DNA from: Squalus acanthias
Taxonomy: Eukaryota
Reading direction: 5' to 3'
NCBI GenBank assembly: GCA_030390025.1
Contig: CM059432.1
Location: 129,396,001-129,460,000, forward strand
Length of the DNA stretch: 64,000 nucleotides
Part shown: positions 1 through 12,435 of the stretch, in pieces
Layout of the letters: each line of letters begins with the position of its first letter
Numbering within the stretch: the first letter of the stretch is position 1
Notes under the pieces: generated by a model
Seen by the model: the letters and a program-made list of their open reading frames with translations, nothing else
Database searches by the model: none
What the model was told of the DNA's origin: nothing
Made by a program: the position numbers and the translations under genes

Positions 1-238
1 TTATTTCCCTCGCTTGTACCAATGTGTTCCCCAACCTGTGTTTAAGCATTAAGAGTGTTTTAAGTTTGTTACCTTTTTCTTTTAATAAAGTTAAAACTCT
101 TTCATCCAAACCTGTTGTCTACTGCATCTTTGTTCACAACCCCTAAATAAGTCCAAGGTCTAGAACCAGGGGCGTGGGAGCGATTCGAACAGCTCACTGA
201 GTCAGAGGTGAGGTTGACCCCACACACCACCCCCTACA
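1..238 (+). mobile_element. Possible 3' end of an LTR, truncated by the window edge
   Basis: AATAAA at ~84; ends in ...CCCTACA (CA terminus), then switches abruptly to decayed LINE sequence. The 5' end and TSD are not visible. Confidence 0.35.
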
Positions 239-239
239 A

Positions 240-950
240 TTACCATCTTTAATGACTGGGTCTTATTGAAGATGAGCCTGGTATCATTCCTAGATCCCTA
301 TCAGCCTCTCCCCTAGATAGTTTGACACCATTTGTTGAGTAAGCATATCTATTAAATCTCTGCTGACTGCCTGGCTGCATGTGTTGAGCAATAACAGCAT
401 TCCACAAAAATGCTCACGTATATCTTCCCCACGACTGATGTTAGACTAAATGGTGTATAATTAGCAGATTCATATCACACTTTTCATTTAATATCAGTAA
501 AACCTCCCAAACCCACGACCTCTAATGCCTAGAAGGACAAGAGCAGCAGCCGCATGTGAACACCATCACCTCCAAGTTCCCCTCCAAGTTACACACCATT
601 CTGATTTGGAAATATATCGCCATTCCTTCATCGTCACTGGGTCAAATTCCTGGAACTCCCTCCCTAACAGCACTGTGGGAGTACCTTCACCACGCGGATT
701 GCAGCGGTTCAAGAAGACGGCTCACCACCTCCTTCTCAAGGGCAATTCAGGATGAGCAATAAATGCTGGCCTTGCCAGCAATGCCACATCCCATGAATGA
801 ATGAAAAAATCTTTGGCTATCCTCTAGCCCTCAGCTACAGTCTCCATATTAACAAAGCTCTTAAACAGAGCCATACCCTTTTCCTCATTCATTTTCTTTG
901 AGTACTTTAGCTGTATCCTATCTGCTAAGATGCACCTTAGACATTTAGGG
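240..950 (-). mobile_element. Highly decayed CR1 RT fragment, interrupted by another LINE 3' end
   Basis: Minus-strand remnant of the NYRPVSL region (actgatgttagactaaatggtgtataatt) and flanking CR1-like segments. Confidence 0.4.
500..790 (+). mobile_element. 3' end of a CR1-group LINE (second family)
   Basis: SWNSLP motif, then ttcaagaagacggctcaccacctccttctcaagggcaat...ggccttgccagc tail; the same tail recurs at 32860-32980 (+), 34330-34415 (-) and 41705-41790 (-). Confidence 0.7.
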
Positions 951-1155
951 GGTGAAATTCTGCAAACCAAAAACTGGCATGCAGCATTGACTGACACGTT
1001 CATCCTTTGGACCAGAGTTTTCAAGTGTTTACCATTGGCTACATTGCAGGACTGGCTCTAAAGGGGTTGTGCACTTTACCAAACATAACAGCAGCACAAC
1101 AATACTAAAGTTTGTCCTATGGAGCCTCCATCATTTTTTCACAAGAGGAGATAAC

Positions 1156-2638
1156 AGGGGTAATTGTTCGGGGGGTCAGCGGGCATGTTTGGTGGTGGGT
1201 CGGGTGGGACATTTTTTTTCTGACAGCGGGTCAGCAACCCGTTGTCAATCTGCCGCCTCATGACTTTCCCAGATGTCGGGTCTGAAAACGCTGAACAGAC
1301 CCAACACGCAGCGGCGGGGGAGGCAATTTAAGTCATTATGACCTTGTTAAGAGCTACTTAAAAAGTATTTTGAGCTCACCTTTAAATTTTATGAGGTCAC
1401 CCACGGGGTCTACGCTGCTCGGGGATCACATCAGGTAAGCAGGTCGGGAGTTATGTTACCATGAAATCATCTCTTTACTTGACAGCTGCAAATGTGCTAT
1501 AAAAGCTCCCATCTCATAGCTGTTCACTTTCCAAGCTCAGAAGCTGTTGCTTACTGCATTTGGAAGACAGATTGAGCTTTATGCAGGTTGCAAGTGTTTG
1601 GAGTAAACTCTCTATCCAGTGTCACCTCATTGGAACAACCTCTCTCACCATTGACAGATCGCTTCTGTCATCTCAACTTCACCTGCCATCTATTCCATCA
1701 GCATCGGTGCCCTTGAAACTATCTCACCTTGGTTCTCAGAATCCCTCCACAATCAGCCCCAACACCAGCAGCACCAGGCACACCAACAGCACCAACAACA
1801 ACACCAACCTTCTCCGCAATCAACTGATGCTGCACAGGACACAGGGCATCAGCACCCGACCACATTGTTGCCCGGGAACCCAGGGATGGCGTCACCATGG
1901 CCAGATTTACTTCACTTGACACTGTACACCCTGGCTGCCACATGTGTTATGTTTCACCATTCACTGCAACTCACTAAGCTACTTCCAAAGGTGCACACAA
2001 ATATGTCCAAGAACGCAAAGTGTTGAAAATAAAGATTTTAATGTTTGACAGCACATTAACAGAAACTTCACATGAACATTGGCTAAAACACACAAGTGCC
2101 TACCCTTGTGTGTTGTTAGTTGGTATGATTGCACTAGGATGAGGGTGAGTGCGAGGGGTAGCTACTGAGATGGGGAAGTGATAATGTAGGTAGAGAAGGA
2201 TGAGTGGAGGTGCAAGGTAAGTTGGCGTGAGTAAGGATGTGCAGAAGTAGGGTAGGGAAGGCAGAGTGATGGGGATGTGATGAGTGGCACAGCAAGATAA
2301 GCATATGGAGGGAGTCATGGGAGAGCCTGGGTGCAGCCATGCACCTCTGTGCAGTGCTTGTCAGTGTTTGCAGCACCTCAATGCTGTAGAACACTGACAG
2401 CACAACTGTCAAAATCAATTTGTGCATGGTCCCTTTAAGGAAACCGGCTGATGACGCGTCATCAAGTGACGTCATCGGACCTGCTTCCTTCAATTGGCCA
2501 GCAAACGCGCTGTGCGGGCTTAACAAGCCCAATCAATGTAAAATCACTTTGGACGGCGGGCTGGAGCCAGCAGCGAGATCGGGACCCGCCACCGACCCCG
2601 GCCACACCGGACCTGCCGAGGTAGGGGAAATCGCGGCC
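1156..2638 (+). mobile_element. Internally deleted Harbinger derivative
   Basis: AAC TSD (1153-1155 / 2639-2641). Termini match 61420-63404. 1700-1900 resembles the transposase N-terminal region at 32200-32400 (rc); 2130-2300 resembles Myb-gene intron 1 at 29200-29360 (rc). Confidence 0.8.
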
Positions 2639-2689
2639 AACGAGTTTGGGAATATCTGATTGCTGTTCCTTTCAGTTAAAGGAATCTCC

Positions 2690-3325
2690 CATTACAAGGA
2701 AACCAACATCATATATTGTTATTTTCCATGGCATGGGAGACCCCATAAACTACATAAAACCTCAGTAAGACCACAGTCGGGGTATTGTGCGCAGTTTTGG
2801 GCTCGGCACTATAGGAAGGTTGTTGAGGCACTAGCGAGGGTACAGCACTAATTCACTAAGATGCTGCCTGGTAAGAGGAAATGCAAATATGAAGAAAGAC
2901 TTGAAAATTAGGGCTGTTTTCGTTAGAACGAGGGAGATTAACAGGTGATTTGATAGAGGAGTTTAAAATTATGAAGGGAATGGACAGAGCAGATAGAGAG
3001 TGTTTCCAATGGTTGAGGAGTCTGCAGCGAGGGGGCATAGATATAAGATTAAATATAAGAGATGTAGAACAGAGACCAGGAGAAACTTCTTGTTCAACAG
3101 CGCATTGTGAGGCTGTGGAATGCACTACCGGAATCAATGATTGAAGCAGCGATCGCGTCAACTTTTAAGAATAGGTAAAATAGATGGTTGAAGGAAAGGG
3201 GAATAAAGTGATATGGGAACAGGGTGGGCACATGGGATAAGGACTAATGCTCTTGTGGAGGATAAACACCAACATAGACTGGTTGAGCTGAACGGCCTGT
3301 TTCCCATTCGTAGTTTCTATGTAAC
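2690..3325 (+). mobile_element. CR1 LINE 3' fragment
   Basis: YCAQFW and LIEEFKIMKG motifs; CR1 3' UTR ending ggcctgtttcccattcgtagtttctatgt. Confidence 0.8.
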
Positions 3326-4199
3326 TGCTTGTTGCTTGACACGTCATTTCCCTGTACCACTCCCATTCGACCTTTCTCTGCCTACACTGTCCAATTATGC
3401 TCAAAGAAAGAGCACCTTATCTTTCTATTCGGCATTCTGCAGCCCTCTGGCCTTACTATTGACTTGAATAACTTCAGACCTTAACTACAGCTCCCACTGT
3501 TGCAATGTGGAATTGGTCTGCAGGCATTTCTTGAGAGTGGGGGGGGGGGGGGGGGGGGGGGCGGCGGGGGGCGCAAAAAAATGGTCCCTGGTGTGGAGAC
3601 CCACCATCAAAGCACAGCTGGTAGATCTGCATTTTTGACATCAACCTGCTTTTTTTCCTCTCCCCGGCTCTGCGGTTGCTGAAGACAGATCCACTTTACA
3701 AGTTTTTAATGCTTCCATATCTGCCTCACCCCACCCCACCACCGCCTCCTCAGCTATTCACAAGTTCTCTGTATCTCAGAAATAGCTTTAATTCCTTTGA
3801 TTTTTCTATAATACCTCCTACTTGTCTCATGATATTGTCACTTCTGCCATTTAGACATCTCCTGTTTTCCACTTAAGCACATTACAGGTCATTCAATTTT
3901 CTTTTCACACGTGTGTGTGTGTCTGTCTGTGTGTGTGTGTTTCCCCCGCTCTTCCCTTTGTTCAGTTCTGTTTTAAAAGCTGCTCATCTGCAATTTCCTC
4001 TTTGTTTCTTTACAGCTTGTGTCCATTACTTGACTGAGATGATCTGTTACATCATTCCACTTACGATTCCTCTCTGGGTTTGTCATAAAGAAATAAAGAA
4101 ATAAATGAGACAAATTACACACAAACATTTATCATTTTTCCCCTCATTTACAATATATATCTAATTTCTCCTCCGCTTTTCTGATTGCACTAATACACC

Positions 4200-4315
4200 T
4201 GCCTCTTATTTTTCAGCTTAGAAGAAGGGTCGACACCCAAAACGTTACCGGGTCTGTTCTCTCCACAAATGCTGTCTGACCTGCTAAATGCTTCCAGCAT
4301 TTTCTGTTTTTGTGT
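4200..4315 (+). mobile_element. Decayed Penelope-like pLTR fragment
   Basis: gaagaagggtcgacacccaaaacgtt...tctccacaaatgctgtctgacctgct...ccagcattttctgttttt; homologous to the copies at 13330, 41526 and 46648. Confidence 0.6.
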
Positions 4316-4512
4316 AGCCTCATTTACTCAGCTGGCCGTGGCAATATGGGGATCTCAGCCGTGAAGATTTCAATTGACCCAACATCCAGTCTTTTGGGGG
4401 AGAGAATTCCAGATTTTCATCACACAAAGGGCAATGGAAATCTGGAACTCTCTCCCCCAAAAGGCCATGGATACTGGGTCACTTGAAATCTTCAAGACTA
4501 AGATTAATTTTG

Positions 4513-5206
4513 AGAAGTCGCACAACACCAGGTTATAGTCCAACAGATTTATTTAAAATTACAAGCTTTCGGAGCTATCCTGCCCCTTCTTCAGGTAAAG
4601 TTACAATGAGTGAATCTACAAAAGTTCACAGAATATAAACACAGATACTGCAGAGATACAATCTTTCCTTACATCAAAGACACACCAAGAGCACAGCCAA
4701 GACAATGAGATGTGTCCCAGGGGGTCCAACGTGTCAAATCCTGCTGTCTGCAGCCGATCTCTCTCCATATCCCTTCCTCTCTCTCCGTCTTTTTTGGGGT
4801 TTGTTTTTTGGGTTTGTTTTTTTGTGTTTGTTTTTTAAAAACTGGAAAGACAGACAACGATGTCAAGTCACGTTCTGTAGCGTGACATGAACCCGATATC
4901 CCTATTGAGGCCGTCCTCATGAGTGCGGAACGTGCAGGATTTGACACGTTGGACCCCCTGGGACACATCTCATTGTCTTGGCTGTGCTCTTGGTGTGTCT
5001 TTGATATAAGGAAAGATTGTATCTCTGCAGTATCTGTGTTTATATTCTGTGAACTTTTGTAGATTCACTCATTGTAACTTTACCTGAAGAAGGGGCAGGA
5101 TAGCTCCGAAAGCTTGTAATTTTAAATAAATCTGTTGGACTATAACCTGGTGTTGTGCGACTTCTCATTTTTGTCCACCCCAGTCCAACGCCGGCATCTC
5201 CGTATC
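4513..5206 (+). mobile_element. Penelope-like non-coding insertion: inverted pLTR plus pLTR with 3' tail
   Basis: 13-bp TSD AAGATTAATTTTG (4500-4512 / 5207-5219). Inverted arms 4511-4744 and 4934-5167 (234 bp, one mismatch seen). A ~39-bp tail is present only on the direct copy. Contains a hammerhead motif. Confidence 0.85.
5080..5119 (+). ncRNA. Minimal type I hammerhead ribozyme motif (mirror copy at 4559-4598, minus strand)
   Basis: TTAC-CTGAAGA-A-GGGGC-aggata-GCTCC-GAAA-GCTT-GTAA: intact CUGANGA/GAAA core, stem II GGGGC/GCUCC, palindromic stem III AAGCUU, stem I UUAC/GUAA. Confidence 0.75.
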
Positions 5207-5244
5207 AAGATTAATTTTGTTAGGTAAGAGGATCAAGTGATACC

Positions 5245-5572
5245 CTACTACAACCCTCCGAGATCTCTGTGCTTCTCCAGTTCTGACCTCTTGCGCATCC
5301 CCAATTTTCCTCGCTCCAACATTGGCGGCCGTGCCTTCAGCTGCCTCGGCCCATAGCTCTGGAATTCCCTCCCTAAACCTCTCCGTCTCTCTACCTCTGT
5401 CTCCTCCTTTAAGACACTCCTTAAAACCTACCTGTTTGACCAAGCTTTTGGTCATCTGTCCTAATATCTCCTTCTGTGACTCGGTGTCAAATTTTGTTTG
5501 AAAACGTTCCTGTGAAGTGCCTTGGGACGTTTTACTACATTAAAGGCGCTAGATAAATGCAAGCTGTTGTTA
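5245..5572 (+). mobile_element. L2 LINE 3' end
   Basis: GGRAFSCLGP-LWNSLP-like C-terminus and tail gtgaagtgccttgggacgttttactacattaaaggcgctagataaatgcaag; closely matches 36490-36810. Confidence 0.8.
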
Positions 5573-5939
5573 TGTGACAACATCTGTTTGCATTACATTA
5601 AGTTCTGTTGGCTTGTGGCTAATCAGAAATACATCTAGTAGAGGGCACAGTCCCATGCAAAATTTACACTTCTTACTCTGTTGGCATCAGGTTATGGTAG
5701 TGCTCTCTGTGCTCCTCTGCCAACAGCGATGTTCGTCGAAGGTGCGCGGCTGTATGGCAATCACGAGGTCCCACGCAGGCCGCTCACCAACTGCTACCGC
5801 TGGAAGGGATAACGCAGCAAATTTAAAGGGCCCACGCAATGAAAAAACAATCAGAGGGAACACTGCAGGGGTCTTTAGACTGTTGATAAGGAATGAGCGC
5901 CATGCTCTGATAGTGGTGGATCATGGTGCCGAATAAGTT

Positions 5940-6790
5940 GAATAGTTTTCTAGTGGGGCACCAGAATAAATGTAGCCAACATAGCATGGTATAAGGGGTA
6001 GGCTGTTGATATTTGTCACCATCTGCCATCATCCAACCTCTGCATCTGCAGGGTTCTACACCTCCTGCAGTGCCCTAAAGATATCTCACAGGTGGGGGCA
6101 AGTACTTGGGGCTGCCATTGATCTATCTGAGGATAGACCGATGTGCATTTATAAGCTGAGCAACATCACCTCCCTTATAGTTGACTGCTCTCATTTTCAA
6201 GACTACCTGGCCTTAACTTTAGTCTTTATTGGATAACAGACCCACATATCAGTCACAAAAGCATTCAGGGAACTGTGGTGCAATGTCTCTATGTTGCTGA
6301 ATCCCTAGAACAATAAGCTGTCTAATCCTCCAAACTGTTTGGCCAAGCACATTATCAATGTTACAAAGAGATACCACTGAGATGATGTCTCCAGCTGCCC
6401 AGCCTCTCTTCCACCATAATGTGCAGGGTACTGGTATTCCGTTCCCCTCAATTCGAAGGCCCACTGACCTATGACATCTTGTGTTTGGGCCTCCAGTCTA
6501 TGGCTTTCTACCTCTCTAAACCACCTTCAGCGAGTGGAGGTTCTACCTCTTTCACGTGATGTGGATTCTTCTGTGCTGGTGATGCACTGGATTGTGAAGG
6601 ATCCACATCAGCTTCTGCAGGCAGTGTCAACTCGAATCTCCCATGGCCCACCACCCACAGTCTTATCTGCCAGCAAAATAAAAGTCAGATTTTGCTTGGC
6701 TTTCTTAAGATGGCATTTCTTCTCCTCCTATCTTCTCCATATGGTGGTCATGGCATTGACTTGGCTAGAGATCTCCTCCCAGGCTTGATT
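5940..6790 (-). pseudogene. Possible ancient Harbinger/ISL2EU-type transposase relic
   Basis: Faint translated remnants only: WAAGD..VLGQTVWRI (HTH-like) and DGDKY (GDxxY-like). Confidence 0.25.
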
Positions 6791-7540
6791 TTGAATTGGG
6801 GGGGGGGAGTGGGGGGGGGTGGAGGATGCCCAATGGAGTTGAATATTGTCGTCTTCCTGACCAGTAGCTCTAGCACAATCAAACTCCCAACTGCAGAAGG
6901 GAAATGTGCCTTTCTGTTTGCCTTTTAGGTCCTAGCTGTAAGGTTTCTGCTCAGTACCAATGTCATTGTACACAGTTTGTTTCTTAATCAGGATCAAGAG
7001 ATCAATTTCATTGGTTTGTTACAGTGCTAAACTGCGACAGTCCCAACTCTACTGTGATTGGTTCAAAATCATTTGTTAAACCTGACAAACTGGAATAGGG
7101 AGAGGAAAATTCAGCATTCCCATCTGTTTGTAGATTGTTCGGATTGAAGACAAATTAAGGGTTCAAATTTCTGACATGCACCCTCTTTATACTTTTGAGT
7201 TCCTTCATTAACAAACCATGCATTTTAATCTTTAGAAATGTAATCCAAATGCCTTGAAAAGAAAAAAAAACTTAACATTGTTCGAATAAAACATCTGCTC
7301 CTCAGAAATTCAAGAATTTTGCCTCTCGTTTTGCTCCCATTTCTCCCTAAATATTTCTACAAGACAAATCAGACCGTGCTCTCCAACTACTCTAGGATGA
7401 TGGACTTCTCCTCAGTCCACCAGCAATAGTACTCCCTGGCTGACCAGCAGGATTCACAACTTGACAAGGGTGAGTCAGTGTTTTTCATTGTTTCCTTCTC
7501 TGCACCAAAACATCCCATCACTGCACAACCTTTCATACAC

Positions 7541-7849
7541 ACAGAATCACCACAGTGCAGATAGAGGCCATTTCGGCCCATCGAGCCTGCACTGACACAT
7601 ATCCCACCCTATCCCTGTAACCCCACGTATTTAATCCCCCTAACACTAAGGGTCAATTTATCATAGCCAAATCAACCTAACCCGCACATCTTTGGACTGT
7701 GGGAGGAAACCGGAGCACCCGGAGCAAACCCACACAGACACGGGGAGAATGTGCAAACTCCACACAGACAGTCACCCAAGGCCAGATTCAAACCCGAGTC
7801 CTTGGCGCTGTGAGGCAACAGTACTAACCACTATGCCACCGTGTTGCCC
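7541..7849 (-). mobile_element. HE1-like tRNA-derived V-SINE, full length
   Basis: rc has a tRNA head (gggcaacacggtggcatagtggttag...gggtttgaatc), the V-domain tgtgtggagtttgcacattctccccgtgtctgtgtgggtttgctccgggtgctccggtttcctcccacagtccaaag, and a CR1-derived tail. Confidence 0.85.
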
Positions 7850-8486
7850 ATCTGACAGAAGTTCAACAACCTATCCAACCGCAGTAAATGAGTCTGAGTG
7901 TCAGGCACCCAGGGATTTGGGGCAGCCTAGAGATTTGAGCCAGTTACTTTCTGGTTGTGAGTCAAGTGTACGTTTTGCTTCAGCTGACAGTTCTGCCCTC
8001 AAGACATCAACCTTTGAAAGATTTAATTACATACAGCTTAAACATAAAGAAAAAACAAGAGAAATTTCTTCTTGTTATTTGTGTTGTATTCACTCCATGT
8101 GTTACATTATATTTCAACTCTTCCCATTTATATTTTTTGTGTGTTTATTCCCTGAAGCAAAAACAAAAGAAAACAAGTAAAGTTCAGAGTATTCAGTGAA
8201 TTGTCTATAATCATAATAGACAAACTGAATTCAGCACTTTGCCAGAGCTCAGGTTACACAGGAAAACAACACTGACTAAATTGAGTTGTTCTCAGAGAAC
8301 AACCACTAGCTGTGAACGGCAGCAATGATGGGATATTTCATGAGGAAAAAGAAAGGTGGAATATCATGCTGACAGCAGTGCACTAAATCAATCGAACGGA
8401 AGATCATAGACATGTTTACCTTAATGGCTTGGTTCCAGAAAGATGATGCTGAAACAGAGACCCATGTTATGGGCATGAAATTAGAT

Positions 8487-8970
8487 GGGCAGCGTAGGTT
8501 TACCAGAATGATACCCAGACTTCAAGGGTTAAGTTACGAGGAGAGATTACACAAATTAGGGTTGTATTCCCTAGAGTTTAGAAGGTTAACGGGTGATCTG
8601 ATTGAAGTTTTCAAGATATGAAGGGGAACAGATAGGGTAGATAGAGAGAAACTATTTCCGCTGGTTGGGGATTCTAGGACTAGGGGGCATAGTCTAAAAA
8701 TTAGAGCCAGACCTTTCAGGAGTGAAATTAGGAAACACTTCTACACACAAAGGATGGTAGAAGTTTGGAACTCTCTTCCGCAAACGGCAATTGATGCGAG
8801 ATCAATTGTTAATTTTAAATCGGAGATTGATAGATTTTTGTTAACCAAAGGTATTAAGGGATATGGGCCAAAGGCGGGTATATGGAGTTAGGTCACAGAT
8901 CAGCCATGATCTCATTGAATGGCGGAACAGGCTGGAGGGGCTGAATGGCCGACTCCTGTTCTGATGTTCC
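8487..8970 (+). mobile_element. CR1 LINE 3' fragment
   Basis: QRRFTRMIP..LSYEERL..LGLYSLEFRRLTGDLIEVFKI followed by the 3' UTR. Confidence 0.9.
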
Positions 8971-8974
8971 AGTG

Positions 8975-9130
8975 GAAACTAAACAAGTGGTATCGCATGG
9001 GCCGCCTATTATACGCCCCGCTTGATGTTCAGTTCTATTGAAGTCAATGGAACCAAACCTCGGGCGGGGAGTATAACGGGCGACAGTTACAATACCGCCT
9101 GCACTACCGCTCAAGGGGAATTTCTACCCC
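8975..9130. mobile_element. Small palindromic MITE fragment (Harbinger-type terminus)
   Basis: Internal palindrome tatacgccccgc...ttctattgaagtcaatggaa...gcggggagtata; right end aatttctacccc. Confidence 0.55.
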
Positions 9131-10454
9131 TACATGTGCTGAGCTCCCTGATATATATTGTTGATCTGCCACCACCCTTCCCATAGGTTCATTAGAGACT
9201 AATTCAAGAGATGACGATCCCATGTTGTCGACATGGAAATTGCCCACACGCTATTGTACCATAGTGTAAATAGGAAGCCAGTCACCTGGCTTTGAGCCGG
9301 ATGCATATGCTTTATCGCACAGTGCCAGCTGAGTGCTATCGGAAGGTTACAAAACCAAAGTGGGGTGCGAAGGGGCTGCTGAGGTTTGGGAATTGGCACG
9401 GATCTGGTTGTGTGCACCTGCAGGCTTGCTTCACGATGCAAAATAGGGTCACAACCCACAGAGTAATGGAAGCAGTTTCATAACCACCTTAGCAAAGGCA
9501 GGCGATGCCTAATCTGATGACAGCTCAAAAGACCCCAGTGGCGTTCTCAAGACCGCACTCTTTTATGAGTCTCATCTACAGCGGGCAGTAGAACTGCACG
9601 TCTGCCATTGATGCCTCTCCTTCAAAGTCCCTTGATATATGTTCCACTTCCATTAGCCTGACTCTAGAGTTTTGAAATGTTAGCGCAAGTGGCTACAATT
9701 TCTAACAGGTAGATTGCCTGTAAGTTAAAATCGACACTATGAATGAAGAAGGAGCTTATTTTTATGTGCTTAGAAAAATTACCTTCTGCAGAAATGAAGT
9801 GGGAGTGAATTTGGCTTTTAGAATTTAATACGCTTGAATGAAGTGTGCAGTCACGTCAATATATTCCTAAAGGAAATAAACCTTATAAAAAGACTTGCTG
9901 TTGAGATGAAATGTTAACCAATCCCAACGAGGCTATTAACCTGGCTGTAGCCACAATTCTGTTGCAGGTTATTAGATGACTCCTTCTCTAACTCTTTCCA
10001 GATATTGAAATATTAATCTATTTGAGAGTCTTGTTATATCATGTTGAGAGCACCACTAAGTTATTTCCATGAGGAGGTAAAAGACATTCAAGCTGTATTA
10101 GTTGAAAAAAGGGAAATGAAAAAGAGGAACGTGTTTTTGCATTTCTGATTTTCTGCCATTTGATGGCAACAGCACAGTTTGAAATACCAACCTATAGAAC
10201 ATTTTCAAACTGCACTAACAGAAGCGTTCAGTGGCAGTAGAAGGATAATGCACTAAGATTTCCATGAATCATTTTGTTAATGGATATTTTGATGATGGCA
10301 TGCTAAATAAAAACCTCTACATAAATAAACATAAGCAATAGAGAATAAGCCTAGAAATGATGCTGTGCTGTGCACGAACTCTTACCATGCTCATATCTAA
10401 TTATTTTGTCCACTTATTTTTTTCTGTCTGGTGAAAAAAAAATATTGAGTGCTG

Positions 10455-10750
10455 TAACCAGTTACACCTCCTCTAGACCCATCCTTTGTTTCTTTACTTG
10501 TCCCATTCCCTTTTGCCTTGCACCATCATCCCTTTTGTTATTTAATCACTCCTGCCCTCCACCCTATCATGGACCTTGCCTTTGTTCTTCCGCCCCCACC
10601 CTCCCTCAACCCCTCTCCCTGCTTCTGCACTTGCTTAAAAACTGTTAAATCTCTAACTTCTTCCAGTTCTGACGAAAGGTCATCGACCTGAAGCATCTAC
10701 TCGGTTTCTCTCTCCACAGATTTCCAGCATCCGCAGTATTTCGCTTTTGC
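10455..10750 (+). mobile_element. Penelope-like pLTR fragment with a degenerate hammerhead (10665-10701)
   Basis: agttctgacgaaaggtcatcgacctgaagcatc (GAAA mutated to GAAG); tail ttccagcatccgcagtatttcgcttttg. Confidence 0.7.
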
Positions 10751-10854
10751 TAAAGTATGAGTGTTGTCATCGTCGGGCAAACTGGCGAAGCAAGTTTACA
10801 AAGTCTACCAGTGTGAGAAATTTGAATTAACACACATAGATAAAAGTAGACAAG

Positions 10855-11256
10855 GGGCGAGAAATTCAACCTGCGCCCAAAATGAGTGCAAAATCGATAG
10901 AGGGCCTCTCCGTGCTGGATTGAAGCCCGAGCCAAATATAGTTTCGGGCCTGATTTAAATGCTGCCAGCAAGCTGCGCGGGCCACCATCAGTCGGGGGAG
11001 AATTTGGCCGGCACCTAACACTGAACCGGCTGGCCGGTTGGAGGCGATCCTGAGAAAGGCCTCGAATGGGCCGGCAGTGGGCCGGAGATTTTTTTGCAGA
11101 CCCAGGAGGAGCCCTCCTGCTTCTCTTGGGCCACAAAAAACACCCTCAAAATTACCTGGGGCTTTGGTTGAGCGACGGATTACAATGCACAATTCGGAGG
11201 TCTAATGCTGAGTTTACACCAGAACAACAGACGGCAATCAGTTGAATTTCTCCCCC
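10855..11256. mobile_element. GC-rich Harbinger-type MITE
   Basis: TIRs gggcgagaaattcaac / gttgaatttctccccc; flanks aag / aaa. Confidence 0.75.
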
Positions 11257-11259
11257 AAA

Positions 11260-11912
11260 ATTACAAGATAATTATAGATGAGCAGGGGTGAGCGTCCCAT
11301 CTAAATTCATCCATCTAGAAAGATCCTAAAACTCCCCCATTGCAGCATCCAATTGTTTCTGAAATGCTTCCAGAGCTTTTCCCTCCGTTGTTCTATCTGG
11401 AAGTCGATTCCACACATTGGTCACTCACTGTGTAAAGAAGCATTTCTTGATATCAGTACTAAATTTACCGTTTACTAGTTTGAACCTCTCTCCTTTGTCC
11501 TACTCTCATAATAAACATTCTGGAATTACCCTTTCCATTGTTAACTTTCTTGTATACCTCTGTAAGATCACTTCTCAGACGCCATCTTTCCAGACTAAAA
11601 AGCCCGAATTTCTCCAATCTGCCCTCGTAACTCAGACCTTTGACACGAGGGAGCAGACATGTGGCTCTTTGTGTTGCCTCCAGTGCTTAAATGTATCACG
11701 TATATCTCAGTGACTGCAGTATTCAAGCACTGTACAGTTTGATCACAACCTTCTCTGACTTGCATTCTACTGTGTTGGATATTACATTCTACATTCTATT
11801 GGCTTTTTTGATTGCCGCTCTGCATTGGTTGGGCGTGCTTAGTGTCGAGTCTACTCAGACTCCTAGGTCTCTTTCAGCTTCATCTTTCGTTATTTCAAAC
11901 ATGGAGTATGTG
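11260..11912 (-). mobile_element. Old CR1 3' fragment
   Basis: rc gives FFTQ.V.N.W..LP-like remnants; similar to 53355-53765 and 56730-56970. Confidence 0.65.
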
Positions 11913-11914
11913 TG

Positions 11915-12379
11915 AACCTGGTCCTAGGTTCAATTCCTGATTAACTGCTCCTAGTCCGAGTGACATTTGCGACATTACAATTAGCCTCAGTGCCCATGGG
12001 CTAGAAAAGGAAAAATGCACCCATTGCCTGCACGCTTGTTCTCTATGTCGGAAAGTGCTCATCTGTGGACTACTTTCGGATGAGACGTTAAACCAAGACT
12101 GCTCTCTCAGGTGGACGTAAAAGATCCCATGGCACTATTTCGAAGAAGAGTAGGGGGGGTTATCCCCGGTGTCCTGGCCAATATTTTTATCCCTCAGCCA
12201 ACATAACAGAATCAGATTGTCTGGTCATTGTCGTATTGCTGTTTGTGGGAGCTTGCTGTGTGCAAATTGGCTGCCGCGTTTCCCACATTACAACAATGAC
12301 TCCACTTCAAAAGTATTTCATTGACTGTAAAGCACTTTGAGATGTCCGGTAGTCGTGAAAGGCGCTCTATAAATGCAAG

Positions 12380-12435
<56 letters not shown>

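Larger units (their letters stand above)
4420..5242 (+). mobile_element. CR1 3' fragment split by the Penelope-like insertion
   Basis: IWNSLPQK-encoding segment 4420-4512 continues after 5219 (ttaggtaagaggatcaagtgata). Confidence 0.65.

Noticed and set aside
4880..4925. SECIS element (as described for Naiad-type Penelope elements)
   Set aside because: GTGA/ATGA...GA motifs are present, but there is no in-register helix II and no apical AA motif.
7360..7476. Coding exon ending at a strong AAGG|GTGAGT donor
   Set aside because: All three frames contain stops from the plausible acceptors; at most a non-coding exon.
7780..7849. tRNA gene
   Set aside because: It is the tRNA-derived head of a V-SINE and runs directly into the V-domain; the same applies to ~34110-34175.
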